Below are positions 40,698 to 50,188 of a stretch of 64,000 bases of DNA, piece after piece (position 1 is the first letter of the stretch; every line of letters starts with the position of its first letter). The stretch spans positions 2,848,001-2,912,000 of the forward strand of contig CBDCXM010000009.1 in the NCBI GenBank assembly GCA_965223855.1. The letters are read 5' to 3'. Below the pieces are notes generated by a model. It saw only the letters and a list, made by a program, of their open reading frames with translations. It was not told the DNA's origin and made no database searches. This stretch comes from Candidatus Multivoradales bacterium (GTDB lineage: Bacteria > Acidobacteriota > Thermoanaerobaculia > Multivoradales > JAHEKO01). The position numbers and the translations under genes were made by a program.

Positions 40698-41615
40698 ATG
40701 AAAGCCTATGTGGGAGTCACCGACTACGACTGGTTCCGATTCCTCAAGTCGGGCGATGTCGAGGAGGTCAACTTCTGGCAGCCGAGCGGGAGCAACCACT
40801 TCCGAGCGCTCGACCAAGGTGAGTTGTTCCTCTTCAAGCTCCATAGCCCGAGGAACTTCATCGTCGGCGGCGGCTTCTTCGCCCACTTCTCGATCATCCC
40901 GCACCGAACGGCTTGGGAGTTCTTCGGTGTCGCCAACGGCGCTGGGTCTTTCCAGGAGATGGAGACGAGGATCGGAAAGTACCGTCGAGTGGTCCCCGAC
41001 GCTCGGTCGAGCTTCGACATCGGCTGCATCCTCCTGGCCCAACCATTCTTTCTCGATGAAGAGCTTTGGATCCCGGTGCCGGAGGATTGGAAGCCGAACA
41101 TCGTTCGGGGGAAGACCTACGACCTGACCGACGGGCTAGGACGGGAGCTCTATGCTCAGCTTCAAGTAGCTCTGGCCGGGAATGTGGCTGAGTCGGAAGC
41201 CGTGGAGCCCAGCAGTCTCTACGGTGATCCGGTTCTCGTTCGCCCTCGCATCGGACAGGGCACCTTCAAGTCCCTCGTCGCCGACATCTATCAGCGGCGT
41301 TGCGCCGTTTCAGGAGAAAAGGCACTGCCAGCTCTCGACGCGGCGCATGTCCGTGCCGTCGCGAGCGGCGGTACTCACTCCGTAGACAACGGCATCCTGC
41401 TCAGATCGGACATTCACAGGCTGTTCGACGCCGGCTACGTCGGCATCACACCCGACTACCGCTTCATGGTCAGTCGTCGTCTCAAGGACGACTTCGACAA
41501 TGGAGAGCCCTACTATCCCTTGGCGGATCGTGAGATCTGGCTTCCCGCCGATCCCAGGAATCACCCGAATCGCGAGTACCTCGAAGAGCACTGCGACACG
41601 AGATTCCGTTACTGA
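40698..41615 (+). CDS. HNH endonuclease with N-terminal putative recognition domain
   Basis: RIGQGTFK...YQRRCAVSG...LDAAHV...NGILLRSDIHRLFD (HNH_2 type). Confidence 0.9.
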   Translation: MKAYVGVTDYDWFRFLKSGDVEEVNFWQPSGSNHFRALDQGELFLFKLHSPRNFIVGGGFFAHFSIIPHRTAWEFFGVANGAGSFQEMETRIGKYRRVVPDARSSFDIGCILLAQPFFLDEELWIPVPEDWKPNIVRGKTYDLTDGLGRELYAQLQVALAGNVAESEAVEPSSLYGDPVLVRPRIGQGTFKSLVADIYQRRCAVSGEKALPALDAAHVRAVASGGTHSVDNGILLRSDIHRLFDAGYVGITPDYRFMVSRRLKDDFDNGEPYYPLADREIWLPADPRNHPNREYLEEHCDTRFRY

Positions 41616-41641
41616 GCCAACAACCCGACGGATTGGACCTG

Positions 41642-41989
41642 ATGAACCTGACCGACCTTCGAGATCTACTCCGGGAGTTCGCCCGCGATCGTGACTGGGA
41701 TCAGTTCCATTCACCGAAGAACCTGGCGATGGCACTCAGCGTAGAGGCTGCCGAGCTTCTCGAGCAATTCCAGTGGCTGACCGAGGGCGAGTCGAGGGAG
41801 CTGGACAAGCAGCAACTCGAGAGCGCGGCCGAGGAGATCGCGGACATCCAGATCTACCTCGTCCGGCTCGCGGACAAACTGGGGATAGACATCCTCGAAG
41901 CAGCCAGCACCAAGATGCGCGCCAATGCCGAGAAGTACCCGGCCGAGTCTGTCCGCGGCAGCGCGAAGAAGTACAGCGAGTACGAGTAG
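41642..41989 (+). CDS. MazG-like nucleotide pyrophosphohydrolase
   Basis: RDWDQFHSPKNLAMALSVEAAELLEQFQW...EEIADI...KYP. Confidence 0.92.
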   Translation: MNLTDLRDLLREFARDRDWDQFHSPKNLAMALSVEAAELLEQFQWLTEGESRELDKQQLESAAEEIADIQIYLVRLADKLGIDILEAASTKMRANAEKYPAESVRGSAKKYSEYE

Positions 41990-41998
41990 GCCGTCCTG

Positions 41999-44395
41999 AT
42001 GCTGGTCTACACGGCCACCAAGAGCGAGTTCGTCGCCGACGTTCAGTCGAATCGCATCGAGGCGAAGATCCTCGCCGAGTTCCAGTCGCGACTCGGCTTT
42101 TCGACCGGCGCGAGCGAGATCGCTGCCTGGCGGAACTCGATGCAGTACATGCAGAACGTCCTACTCGACGACGGCATCCCGGACGACAGCGGGGTAGCGA
42201 TCGAGTACCGCATTCCGATGACCGCGAAGAGGATCGACTTCATCCTGACGGGCCGGGACGGAAGCGATCGTGAGTCCGTGGTGATCATCGAACTGAAGCA
42301 ATGGTCAGAGGCGACATCGACGCCGCTCGATGCCATCGTTGAGACCTTCGTCGGAGGAGGCATGCGCGAGGTCGCTCATCCTTCGTACCAGGCGTGGACC
42401 TACGCGGCACTCCTGGACGATTTCAATCAGGAGGTGCAGAACTCCGATCTCAGGCTCGCTCCCTGCGCCTACCTACACAACCTCGAAGACGGTTCGTCTT
42501 TGCGAGAGGAGCACTATCGCGAGCATCTCGACCGGGCACCACTCTTCATCCGTTCAGATGTCGACCGACTGGCCCGTTTCATCAAGAACTATGTTCGCAA
42601 GGGCGACAGAGACGACCTGCTGTACAGGATCGATCAGGGGCGGATCCGCCCCTCGAAGAACTTGGCGGACAGCCTCAGTTCGCTGCTCGAGGGGAACACC
42701 GAGTTCCACATGATCGACGACCAGAAGGTCGTCTACGAGAAAGCGTTGGAGCTGGCAGCGAAGGCGGCGGAGGGGGAGAAACAGGTCCTGATCGTGGAGG
42801 GCGGACCGGGAACCGGGAAATCGGTGGTGGCCATCAACCTTCTGGTGGAACTCACTCGGAGACTGAAGACCACGCAGTACGTGACTCGAAACGCTGCTCC
42901 CCGCGCCGTGTACAAGAGCAAGCTCACAGGGACGATGACGGGGACTCGCTTCGACAACCTGTTCCGCAGCTCTGGCGGCTTCATGGAATCAGAACCGGAC
43001 GTCTTCGACTGTCTCATCGTCGACGAAGCCCACCGTCTCAACGAGAAGTCGGGGCTCTACCAGAACCTGGGCGTCAACCAGGTCAAGGAACTCATCGACG
43101 CCTCCAGATCGACCGTCTTCTTCGTCGACGATCGACAACGGGTCACCCTGAAGGACATCGGCACGGCATCGGAGATCCGGCATTGGGCCGCCATCGCAGG
43201 AGCTGAAGTGACCGAGCTGAAGCTGGCTTCCCAGTTCCGGTGCAACGGATCCGACGGCTATCTCGCCTGGCTCGACAACGCCCTTCAGATCGAGTCCACG
43301 GCCGTCGAGACACTCGAGGGCATCGATTTCGATTTCCGCGTGGTCGACTCGGCAGCTGAACTCCGCGATCTGATCCTCGACCGCAATGTCGCCGACAACA
43401 AGGCGAGGTTGGTGGCCGGCTACTGCTGGCCGTGGGCGAGCAAGAAGAATCCCGCAGCGATGGACATCGAGCTTGAGGACGGTGCGTTCCGGATGCAGTG
43501 GAACCTGACCAGGGACGGAGGGAACTGGATCATGATGCCGGACTCCGTCGAGCAGGTGGGGTGCATTCACACCTGTCAGGGGCTTGAGCTCGACTACGTC
43601 GGCGTCATCCTCGGGCCGGATCTGGTCGTGCGAAACGGCGAGGTGGTGACGGATGCGACCGAGCGCGCCAGCCAGGATCGCTCCGTGTTCGGCTACAAAA
43701 AGCGGAGCAGAGAAGACCCCGTGGGGATGGCGAGACTGGCAGCCGAGATCATCAAGAACACGTATCGCACCTTGATGACGCGAGGACAGAAGGGGTGCTA
43801 CGTGCATTCTGTCGATCCTGAGACGAACGCCTACCTCAAGGATGCGATTGGATCTCGAGTTCTTGGAAACGCCGAGTCGGAGGTGGAGCCGCTTCACCCC
43901 TTCCCTGTCGTCTCCGGAGAAGAGCTGCGGCCCTGGGAGAATGCCGTTCCGCTCTACGACCTCCAAGTGGCTGCTGGCGCCCTCAGCGAGGCGACCGAGC
44001 CCGAGGTTCTCGATTGGGTGGCGCTCCCGGAGCACTATCGAATCAGCGAGGGGCTCTTCGTCGCGCGTGTTGTTGGGGAATCGATGAACCGACGTGTCGC
44101 GAACGGTTCCTGGTGCCTCTTCAAGGCTCACCCGACCGGGAGTCGGGCTGGAAGAGTAGTGCTGGCGCAGCACCGAGAGATTTCCGATCCGGAGCTCGGC
44201 GGGCAATACACCCTCAAGCTCTACGAAGGCGGGCCGGCACTGGACGAGAGCGGCAGCCGAAGCGGTAGCGTCATCCTTAGACCGATGTCCACCGATTCAC
44301 GGTTTCAGCCCCTGGTTCTGTCTCAAGAAGTCGCCGAGGGACTGTCGGTGCTGGCTGAGCTGCTGGGAGTGCTCCTTCCCGGCTCGTCGCGTTAG
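41999..44395 (+). CDS. DUF2075 (Schlafen group 3-like) SF1 helicase with N-terminal nuclease-like and C-terminal S24 peptidase domains
   Basis: RIDF...[44 protein letters not shown]-terminal [11 protein letters not shown]...VVGESM...YTLK. Confidence 0.88.
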   Translation: MLVYTATKSEFVADVQSNRIEAKILAEFQSRLGFSTGASEIAAWRNSMQYMQNVLLDDGIPDDSGVAIEYRIPMTAKRIDFILTGRDGSDRESVVIIELKQWSEATSTPLDAIVETFVGGGMREVAHPSYQAWTYAALLDDFNQEVQNSDLRLAPCAYLHNLEDGSSLREEHYREHLDRAPLFIRSDVDRLARFIKNYVRKGDRDDLLYRIDQGRIRPSKNLADSLSSLLEGNTEFHMIDDQKVVYEKALELAAKAAEGEKQVLIVEGGPGTGKSVVAINLLVELTRRLKTTQYVTRNAAPRAVYKSKLTGTMTGTRFDNLFRSSGGFMESEPDVFDCLIVDEAHRLNEKSGLYQNLGVNQVKELIDASRSTVFFVDDRQRVTLKDIGTASEIRHWAAIAGAEVTELKLASQFRCNGSDGYLAWLDNALQIESTAVETLEGIDFDFRVVDSAAELRDLILDRNVADNKARLVAGYCWPWASKKNPAAMDIELEDGAFRMQWNLTRDGGNWIMMPDSVEQVGCIHTCQGLELDYVGVILGPDLVVRNGEVVTDATERASQDRSVFGYKKRSREDPVGMARLAAEIIKNTYRTLMTRGQKGCYVHSVDPETNAYLKDAIGSRVLGNAESEVEPLHPFPVVSGEELRPWENAVPLYDLQVAAGALSEATEPEVLDWVALPEHYRISEGLFVARVVGESMNRRVANGSWCLFKAHPTGSRAGRVVLAQHREISDPELGGQYTLKLYEGGPALDESGSRSGSVILRPMSTDSRFQPLVLSQEVAEGLSVLAELLGVLLPGSSR

Positions 44396-44441
44396 TCGAT
44401 CGCGAGAAAGCCGCGCAGAATCGAGTGGCACCTCCAGAGGG

Positions 44442-44546
44442 GGTGAAGGGGAGGATGACGCGGCCGTACTGCGACTGTTTGAAGTCGCCGCGCAGGAGGT
44501 CGGCGACGGACCAGATGAAGGAGACCTTTTCGGAGAAGCGGTTCAT
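44442..44546 (-). pseudogene. hsdM: 5' fragment (35 codons) of a type I RM methyltransferase
   Basis: [35 protein letters not shown] is a typical HsdM N-terminus. Similarity ends abruptly after ILPFT. Confidence 0.85.
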
Positions 44547-44568
44547 GGCGTGCCTCGGGGAGCGCTTT

Positions 44569-45705
44569 CTATTGGAGTGCGCCGCTCTTGTGGGTTTCGA
44601 GGAACCAATCGAGGACTACCAGGAAGTCGTTCATCCTGGATTCTTCGGCCAGCAGTGCGATGGGTATCGACGGCCGCTTGCGGAGGCGATCGCGGGGGAG
44701 TTCGATCCCGTCGATGGAGGTGAAGCGCTCGAACAGCTCTTCGAGGACGGCGTCGTCGTCGAAGGGGGCGCGACGCAGAAGGTGTTGAAACTGGAACTCG
44801 ACGCCGCCTCCGGTCCACAACGCGATCACACTCGACCAGACGCCATTGACGGTCAGGCCAGGGAAGAAGGACCCGGACTGGGCACCCTCGCCCCAGTAGA
44901 ACTCCGGCATCCGGTCTTTAGCCCAGGTGAAGAGCCTGCGGGCCGGAGCTACGGCCGCCGGATCGTTCGCCTCGAGCTCGCGGAAGAACGACTCTTCGTC
45001 CCACTTCCTCTTGGTGGTACCCGATTTCCGTTGGGTCGCCGCCGTTTGGCCGAGGAGCCTGGGAACGAGTGTCTGCAAGCCGCGGCCCGAGAACTGCTTG
45101 ATCTCCACGGCGAGGACTTCGGTCGTTCCCATCTGCTCGTTGAGGAACTCGACGACTCTTCGAAGCTCTGAGGGTACCCAGTCGGCAACGAACAGGAGGC
45201 GAAGGCGCCCTGCCGAGAGGTTCGCGCCGACCCGGACCCAAAAGTCGTCGTAGTCGAGGTCCTCCGGTTCTTCTTCGAGGAGGTCGGCTACCCTGGCAGC
45301 GGCGGCCGCGGAGTCCTCGTGTCGCTCCTCGAAGCGGCGGCGCAGCTCCTGAACCGGCAGGTGGGCGACGAGATTGGCGGCGTAGTCGAGTACTTGCCCT
45401 ACAACCTCTCGTCGAATGCGAGGATCGTCCGCACGCTTGACCTCAACAAGAGTCGGTATAGCGTCCTGATCGACGAACAGGTGGTCGAGCGACCACCAGT
45501 TGCCGCCTTCGGGTTCGTTGGGAATACCGCACTCCCGGTCGATGAGAATCCACCGGCGGGGAGTATGCTCGTTGATCTGATCCCCACCGAGCAGGTCGGG
45601 GTAGTCCTCGAGGAGGGCCTGAAGAAGATCCTCGGAGTCGTAGTCGGTCTCGTCGAGGGGGCTCAGGGAGCCCTTCTGATCGAGGAGGAAGATGCGCCGA
45701 GGCAT
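44569..45705 (-). CDS. NucS-like PD-(D/E)XK endonuclease domain protein
   Basis: SEDLLQALL...[20 protein letters not shown]...[11 protein letters not shown]. Confidence 0.8.
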   Translation of the reverse strand: MPRRIFLLDQKGSLSPLDETDYDSEDLLQALLEDYPDLLGGDQINEHTPRRWILIDRECGIPNEPEGGNWWSLDHLFVDQDAIPTLVEVKRADDPRIRREVVGQVLDYAANLVAHLPVQELRRRFEERHEDSAAAAARVADLLEEEPEDLDYDDFWVRVGANLSAGRLRLLFVADWVPSELRRVVEFLNEQMGTTEVLAVEIKQFSGRGLQTLVPRLLGQTAATQRKSGTTKRKWDEESFFRELEANDPAAVAPARRLFTWAKDRMPEFYWGEGAQSGSFFPGLTVNGVWSSVIALWTGGGVEFQFQHLLRRAPFDDDAVLEELFERFTSIDGIELPRDRLRKRPSIPIALLAEESRMNDFLVVLDWFLETHKSGALQ

Positions 45706-45898
45706 GTGGCTTTCATCGGAAGTAGGAGCGGTCCGATGCGGTTCTCTGCAAATCGGTGTGGCGAGTGCGGCGCACTATATCGACTTGGGGCCTCCGCCCC
45801 TTCTACTTGCACTAGCGGTTGCCGGTGACGCCTGGCTGGTGGCCTCGTGCTCTGACAACGTGAAGCCGGTACGTGAAGTGGGAGTCAGCGCTCCGAGG

Positions 45899-46240
45899 TC
45901 AGGAACGAGGAGCGGAGGATCCTGCGCTCTCTTCGAAGAAGCAAGCGCGCAGCTCGTGTTCGTAGTCGCCCATTCCAGCCTCCTCGAGGAGATTGGCGAC
46001 AATCTGCCGATGGAGCGGCCGAAGGCGCTCGTTGACGAGGGTGGTCTGAGAGTAGGCTGAACTCCCCTTGCTCTTGAGTCCCTGGATCAGCCGCTCACGA
46101 AAGTCGATCTCTCGATGGACTTGGTCGGAGAGGAGGGCAAGAGTGCCAACTCTCGACGTTCGGTTCATCTCTCTGCGCTGGAGCAACAGCGCACAGACGG
46201 CAATCAGGGTTCCACCGAACCCGATGAGAATCTCAATCAC
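45899..46240 (-). CDS. Small hypothetical membrane protein
   Basis: GTG after GGGAGG. N-terminal TM followed by a helical region. Confidence 0.55.
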   Translation of the reverse strand: MIEILIGFGGTLIAVCALLLQRREMNRTSRVGTLALLSDQVHREIDFRERLIQGLKSKGSSAYSQTTLVNERLRPLHRQIVANLLEEAGMGDYEHELRACFFEESAGSSAPRS

Positions 46241-46622
46241 ACTGCCTCCCCGTGTTGTCACCGCGGCGTTTCGCGGTGTGTTCAGGACGCAATCATAGTA
46301 CGCAATATGCAAGTTCTTGGTGGCTCACCTGGGGGGTGGAGAGGGTGTCTCGCACTCGACTCTCGAGAAGGAGGCGCAAGGATTGTCTGGGCGCCGCGAT
46401 TCACCTGCGTGGGGTGCAGTCGCGACGGAGGACAAAGAGGAGTCGTAGGGCGGGTGCCGTTGATGCTGTCCCAGACGGCTTCATCCCGCGTCAGCACTAT
46501 GTCGATGTGCAGACGCCCATCGACGAGAACTCGGCGAGGTTGGGCGAGGGCTGAGCACTGCGTTCGCGCAGCGAGCCGGTGACCGTTGGTTGCAGGAGCC
46601 TGTTGCCAGGCGCTGTCGGAGG

Positions 46623-46883
46623 TCAGGCTTCGTCGATCGCGGCCTTGAGCGGGAACCTCTCCGGGTGCTCGATGGACTCGACGGCGAGGTCCACATCGAG
46701 TTCTGGCCAGTAGAGGTGGTGGTTCTGCGGACGCTCCACGTTCAGGATCGCCTCGACCGATGCTCCCTTGAACCAGGGGAACTCCTCGAAGGGAAGGAAG
46801 AGTTCACGATCCCCAAGAAACACCCAGAAACCGTGCCGAGAGATGTTGGTGATCTCAGCCTCCGAAATGACGCTGCCAGGCAT
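46623..46883 (-). CDS. DUF2442 domain protein (putative antitoxin)
   Basis: HGFWV...LPFEEFPWF...LYWPELDVDLAVESI. Confidence 0.85.
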   Translation of the reverse strand: MPGSVISEAEITNISRHGFWVFLGDRELFLPFEEFPWFKGASVEAILNVERPQNHHLYWPELDVDLAVESIEHPERFPLKAAIDEA

Positions 46884-47094
46884 TCCAGATCTCCCGCTCG
46901 TGTTCCTCGATGAGTTTCTCTATCCGGCGAAGGTCCGGGCTTCCGAAGCCGTAGTTCCTGGCGAGCTCGATCTCGGGCTCGACCCAGAACTTCGCCTCAC
47001 CTTCTGCCGAGACGACATGGATGTGGATCCTGGGTTCCTCCCGCGAGAAAAAGAAGAAGCGGAACGGTCCCGCGCGGAAGACTGTCGGACTCAC
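46855..47094 (-). CDS. DUF4160 domain protein (putative toxin)
   Basis: PTVFRAGPFRFFFFSREEPRIHIHV...AKFW...AWQRHFG. Confidence 0.88.
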   Translation of the reverse strand: MSPTVFRAGPFRFFFFSREEPRIHIHVVSAEGEAKFWVEPEIELARNYGFGSPDLRRIEKLIEEHEREIWNAWQRHFGG

Positions 47095-47147
47095 CGGCCT
47101 ATTCTATCGCCCATCAGAGTCTGACCCCTCGTGCCGCCGAGGGGCCG

Positions 47148-47176
47148 TTGCCACTGCGCCCCCGATCCCCTATGAT
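47148..47176 (+). promoter_or_regulatory. Sigma70-type promoter for tRNA-Thr
   Basis: TTGCCA, 17 nt spacer, TATGAT. Confidence 0.7.
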
Positions 47177-47221
47177 CCCGTCGCTCAGACGGACTGGCCC
47201 GCCAGGCGCCGTCAACCAGAA

Positions 47222-47297
47222 GCCGATGTAGCTCAGCTGGTAGAGCAGCTGATTCGTAATCAGCAGGTCAGCGGTTCGAGTCCGCTCATCGGCTCCA
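47222..47297 (+). tRNA. tRNA-Thr(CGT)
   Basis: Acceptor GCCGATG/CATCGGC, D arm GCTC..GAGC, anticodon stem GCTGA-TTCGTAA-TCAGC, GGTTCGAG T loop, encoded CCA. 76 nt. Confidence 0.97.
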
Positions 47298-47357
47298 CAG
47301 TCAGCCTGGCACCCAGTTCACGCATCCACTCCGTTGCACGCGGGGTAGGATCGCCGC

Positions 47358-48767
47358 ATGTTCTCGATCGACACGTATGTCTCCCGCCGGCGTCGGCTGG
47401 CGGAACGGATGAGTGCGGCCGGAGCGAGCGGCCTTGTGCTGGTGATGGGCAACGACGAGGCGCCGCTCAACTACCGGGACAACCACTATCCGTTCCGGCA
47501 GGATTCCTCGTTTCTCTACTTCTTCGGCTTGAATGAGGCGAATCTGGCCGGGGTGATCGATCTCGACAGCGGGGCGGAGACGCTCTTCGGGCACGAGCCG
47601 ACGCTCGACGACATCGTCTGGACGGGGCCGTTGCCGTCGCTGGGGGAGCGGGCGGAGAGTGTCGGAGTCGGGGCGGCGATGGATATCGGCCACCTGGGAG
47701 AGACGGTGCAGCGGGCGCGCTCGGAGGGGCGCACGGTGCACGTGCTGCCGGCGTACCGCGGCGACGGCGTGTTGAAGCTCGCCGGGGTGCTGGGGATCGC
47801 TCCTTCGGAGGTCGAGGGGGCGGTGTCGGAGGCGCTGGTGCGCTCTGTGATCGCGTTGCGCTCGCCCAAGGAGGCACGGGAGGTCGCCGAGATCGAGAAG
47901 GCGCTCGAGGTGTCGTTCCACACGCATACGGCGGCGATGAAGGCGACGAGGCCGGGGCGCTACGAGTGGGAGGTGGTGCGGAAGGTCGAGGCGTGCCATG
48001 CCCGGCATGGCTCGCCGGTGTCGTTTCCGATCATCCTGAGCGTGCGCGGCGAGGTGCTCCACAACCATGCGCACGGCAACCGGATGGAGCCGGGGCAGCT
48101 GGTGGTGCACGACTCGGGGGCGACATCGCCGGAGGGGTACGCCTCGGACATCACGCGGACGTTTCCCGTGTCCGGGACGTTCGATACCCGGCAGCGAGAG
48201 ATCTACACGATCGTGCTGGAGGCGCTGGAGGAGGCGACGCGGGCGGTGAAGCCGGGGATGCCGTTCATCGACGTCTACAAGACGGCGGCGCGCTCGCAGA
48301 TGGAGGGGCTGAAGGCGCTCGGGCTGGTGCGGGGCGACACCCATGAAGCTGTGGAGCAGGGAGCGCATGCGGCGTTCCTGCAGTGCGGTACCGGGCACAT
48401 GATCGGGCTCGACGTCCACGACATGGAGGGGCTGGGCGAGGAGCTGGTGGGCTACGACGACACGATCCGGCGCTCGGAGCTCTTCGGGGTCTGCTACGTG
48501 CGGCTCGGGCGCGCGCTCGAGGCGGACTGGGTGGTGGCGGTGGAGCCGGGGATCTACTTCATCCCCGAGCTGATCGACCGCTGGTCGGCGGAGGGGAAGT
48601 ACGCCGACTTCATCGACTGGGAGAAGGTCGCGGCCTACCAGGACTTCGGCGGGGTGCGGATCGAGGACGACGTGCTGGTGACCGCCGACGGCCACCGGGT
48701 GCTGGGGCCGCCGATTCCGAAGACGGTGGCGGATGTCGAGGCGATCGTGGGGCAGGACGAGGAGTAG
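47358..48767 (+). CDS. Xaa-Pro aminopeptidase (aminopeptidase P family)
   Basis: FRQDSSFLYFFG, YASDITRTFP, GHMIGLDVHD, VEPGIYF, GVRIEDD. Confidence 0.93.
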   Translation: MFSIDTYVSRRRRLAERMSAAGASGLVLVMGNDEAPLNYRDNHYPFRQDSSFLYFFGLNEANLAGVIDLDSGAETLFGHEPTLDDIVWTGPLPSLGERAESVGVGAAMDIGHLGETVQRARSEGRTVHVLPAYRGDGVLKLAGVLGIAPSEVEGAVSEALVRSVIALRSPKEAREVAEIEKALEVSFHTHTAAMKATRPGRYEWEVVRKVEACHARHGSPVSFPIILSVRGEVLHNHAHGNRMEPGQLVVHDSGATSPEGYASDITRTFPVSGTFDTRQREIYTIVLEALEEATRAVKPGMPFIDVYKTAARSQMEGLKALGLVRGDTHEAVEQGAHAAFLQCGTGHMIGLDVHDMEGLGEELVGYDDTIRRSELFGVCYVRLGRALEADWVVAVEPGIYFIPELIDRWSAEGKYADFIDWEKVAAYQDFGGVRIEDDVLVTADGHRVLGPPIPKTVADVEAIVGQDEE

Positions 48768-48773
48768 GCCCGG

Positions 48774-48845
48774 CGGGAGCTTTTAACGAAAACCCGGCTT
48801 TCCGTTAAGTTCTCCCGAGGCTTTTTTAGGGCTCTTCAAAGCCTC
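48774..48845. terminator. Terminator hairpins between convergent genes
   Basis: CGGGAG..TTAACG / CGTTAA..CTCCCG followed by a T6 tract. Second inverted repeat GAGGCTTT / AAAGCCTC. Confidence 0.6.
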
Positions 48846-50078
48846 TCAACCGCCGTCACCATCGTCCCCGTCCTCCTGTTCCCCGTCGTCTTCTTCGCTG
48901 TCGTTGTTGTTCTGTTCTGCGCTGTTCTGGTTGTTGTCGCTGCCCCGACGGCCGAAGCGCCGGAAGAGCCGCCCCGGGCCGGTGTCGGACTCGCGCAGCT
49001 GCTGGAGGTACATCCGTCGCATGCTGCGGACGGGCTGGCTCATGTCCGGGAGCTCCTGGCTGGTGATTTCGAGGAGCTCGTAGTCGTCCGGCAGGTTGCC
49101 GCCGTGGATGTAGTCGAGGAAGCCGTCGTCGACCGGCAGCACCGCGGCGAGGACCACTTCGAAGGCACTGCCGGCGGGGAGCGGGATCGGGGCGGCTCGT
49201 GAGATGGTTCGTTGCGTCATCGCGCCCGCCAGGGGAAGCCCCTTGTGGGCGATAGCGGCGAAGTTGAGGGTCAGGCCACCCCCCATGAGGCCGAACCAGC
49301 CTGACTCCAGGACCGCGGCCGCAAAGTCGCGGTAGAAGGCGGCGAAGATCGGTGCCCCGCGGTGGTCGGGTGCCAGCCAGATCTCGCCGTCGGTCGTGAC
49401 CTCCGCCTTGAGCACCCCCGTGCCCGCGGAGACCTTGAAGTTGTACTTGTGTCGCTGCGCTCTGGTGTGGGCAATCTCCCGCCAGTCGTCGAAGTCATCG
49501 ATGTTGCCGATATTGGAGGCTCCGGTCGGGATGTGGGTGGCTACCAGGGGATGGTGGCGCATCACGCGCCGCAGCTCGTGATCGGCGAAGGCCATGGTCG
49601 GTGGCGAGCCGTTCTTCCACACCATCGACTGGCCCTGGACGTTCATGCGCACCGCGTTCGGGGTGACCAGCATGACGAAGCCCTGGCGGTTGTCGCGCTC
49701 GGACAACTCGTCGAGTGCCATCAGAAGCTGAGGCATGACTCCGGGGCTTGCCATGCCATTGCCCACGAGAAGCTGAGTCAGGGTCCGAGAATCCTGTACC
49801 TCGTCCGAACTGGCGATCGCGTTGAAGGTCCTCTCGAGCCCCTCTGGGGTAAGGCCCACCACCTCGGCCAGGTCCACGCCGCCGCCGTAGACCACCGCGC
49901 CGGCGAGGAGAACAGCGCGCTGAGAGTCCTCGTCGGTGGTGACGACGACCCCATCGGTTTCGTCGGGCTCCGCAGTGGCGGGAGTTTGAGCCGGAGCCGC
50001 GGAAGCGATGAGGGCGGCGGCCACCAGGAGGCCGCCGGCTCTCACGGCGTTCGAGAGAGGGGAGACGCGTGTCTGCAT
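48846..50078 (-). CDS. Hypothetical secreted protein with acidic low-complexity tail
   Basis: ATG at 50078 after GGAGG, Ala-rich signal peptide, D/E/N-rich C-terminus. Confidence 0.7.
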   Translation of the reverse strand: MQTRVSPLSNAVRAGGLLVAAALIASAAPAQTPATAEPDETDGVVVTTDEDSQRAVLLAGAVVYGGGVDLAEVVGLTPEGLERTFNAIASSDEVQDSRTLTQLLVGNGMASPGVMPQLLMALDELSERDNRQGFVMLVTPNAVRMNVQGQSMVWKNGSPPTMAFADHELRRVMRHHPLVATHIPTGASNIGNIDDFDDWREIAHTRAQRHKYNFKVSAGTGVLKAEVTTDGEIWLAPDHRGAPIFAAFYRDFAAAVLESGWFGLMGGGLTLNFAAIAHKGLPLAGAMTQRTISRAAPIPLPAGSAFEVVLAAVLPVDDGFLDYIHGGNLPDDYELLEITSQELPDMSQPVRSMRRMYLQQLRESDTGPGRLFRRFGRRGSDNNQNSAEQNNNDSEEDDGEQEDGDDGDGG

Positions 50079-50188
50079 GACTCTGTCCTCCGGTCGGGAC
50101 GCGCGGTGTAAGTGGCGGATGTCGAGGCTTGGAAGCGTACCAAGGACCCGAGAGCGGACTCGGCAGAGTCGTGGCGTGTCCGGGGTGG

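Noticed and set aside
47222-47297. tRNA-Thr as the attachment site of an integrated island
   Set aside because: The accessory region lies 5' of the tRNA, I saw no duplicated tRNA 3' end, and no integrase is present in the window.
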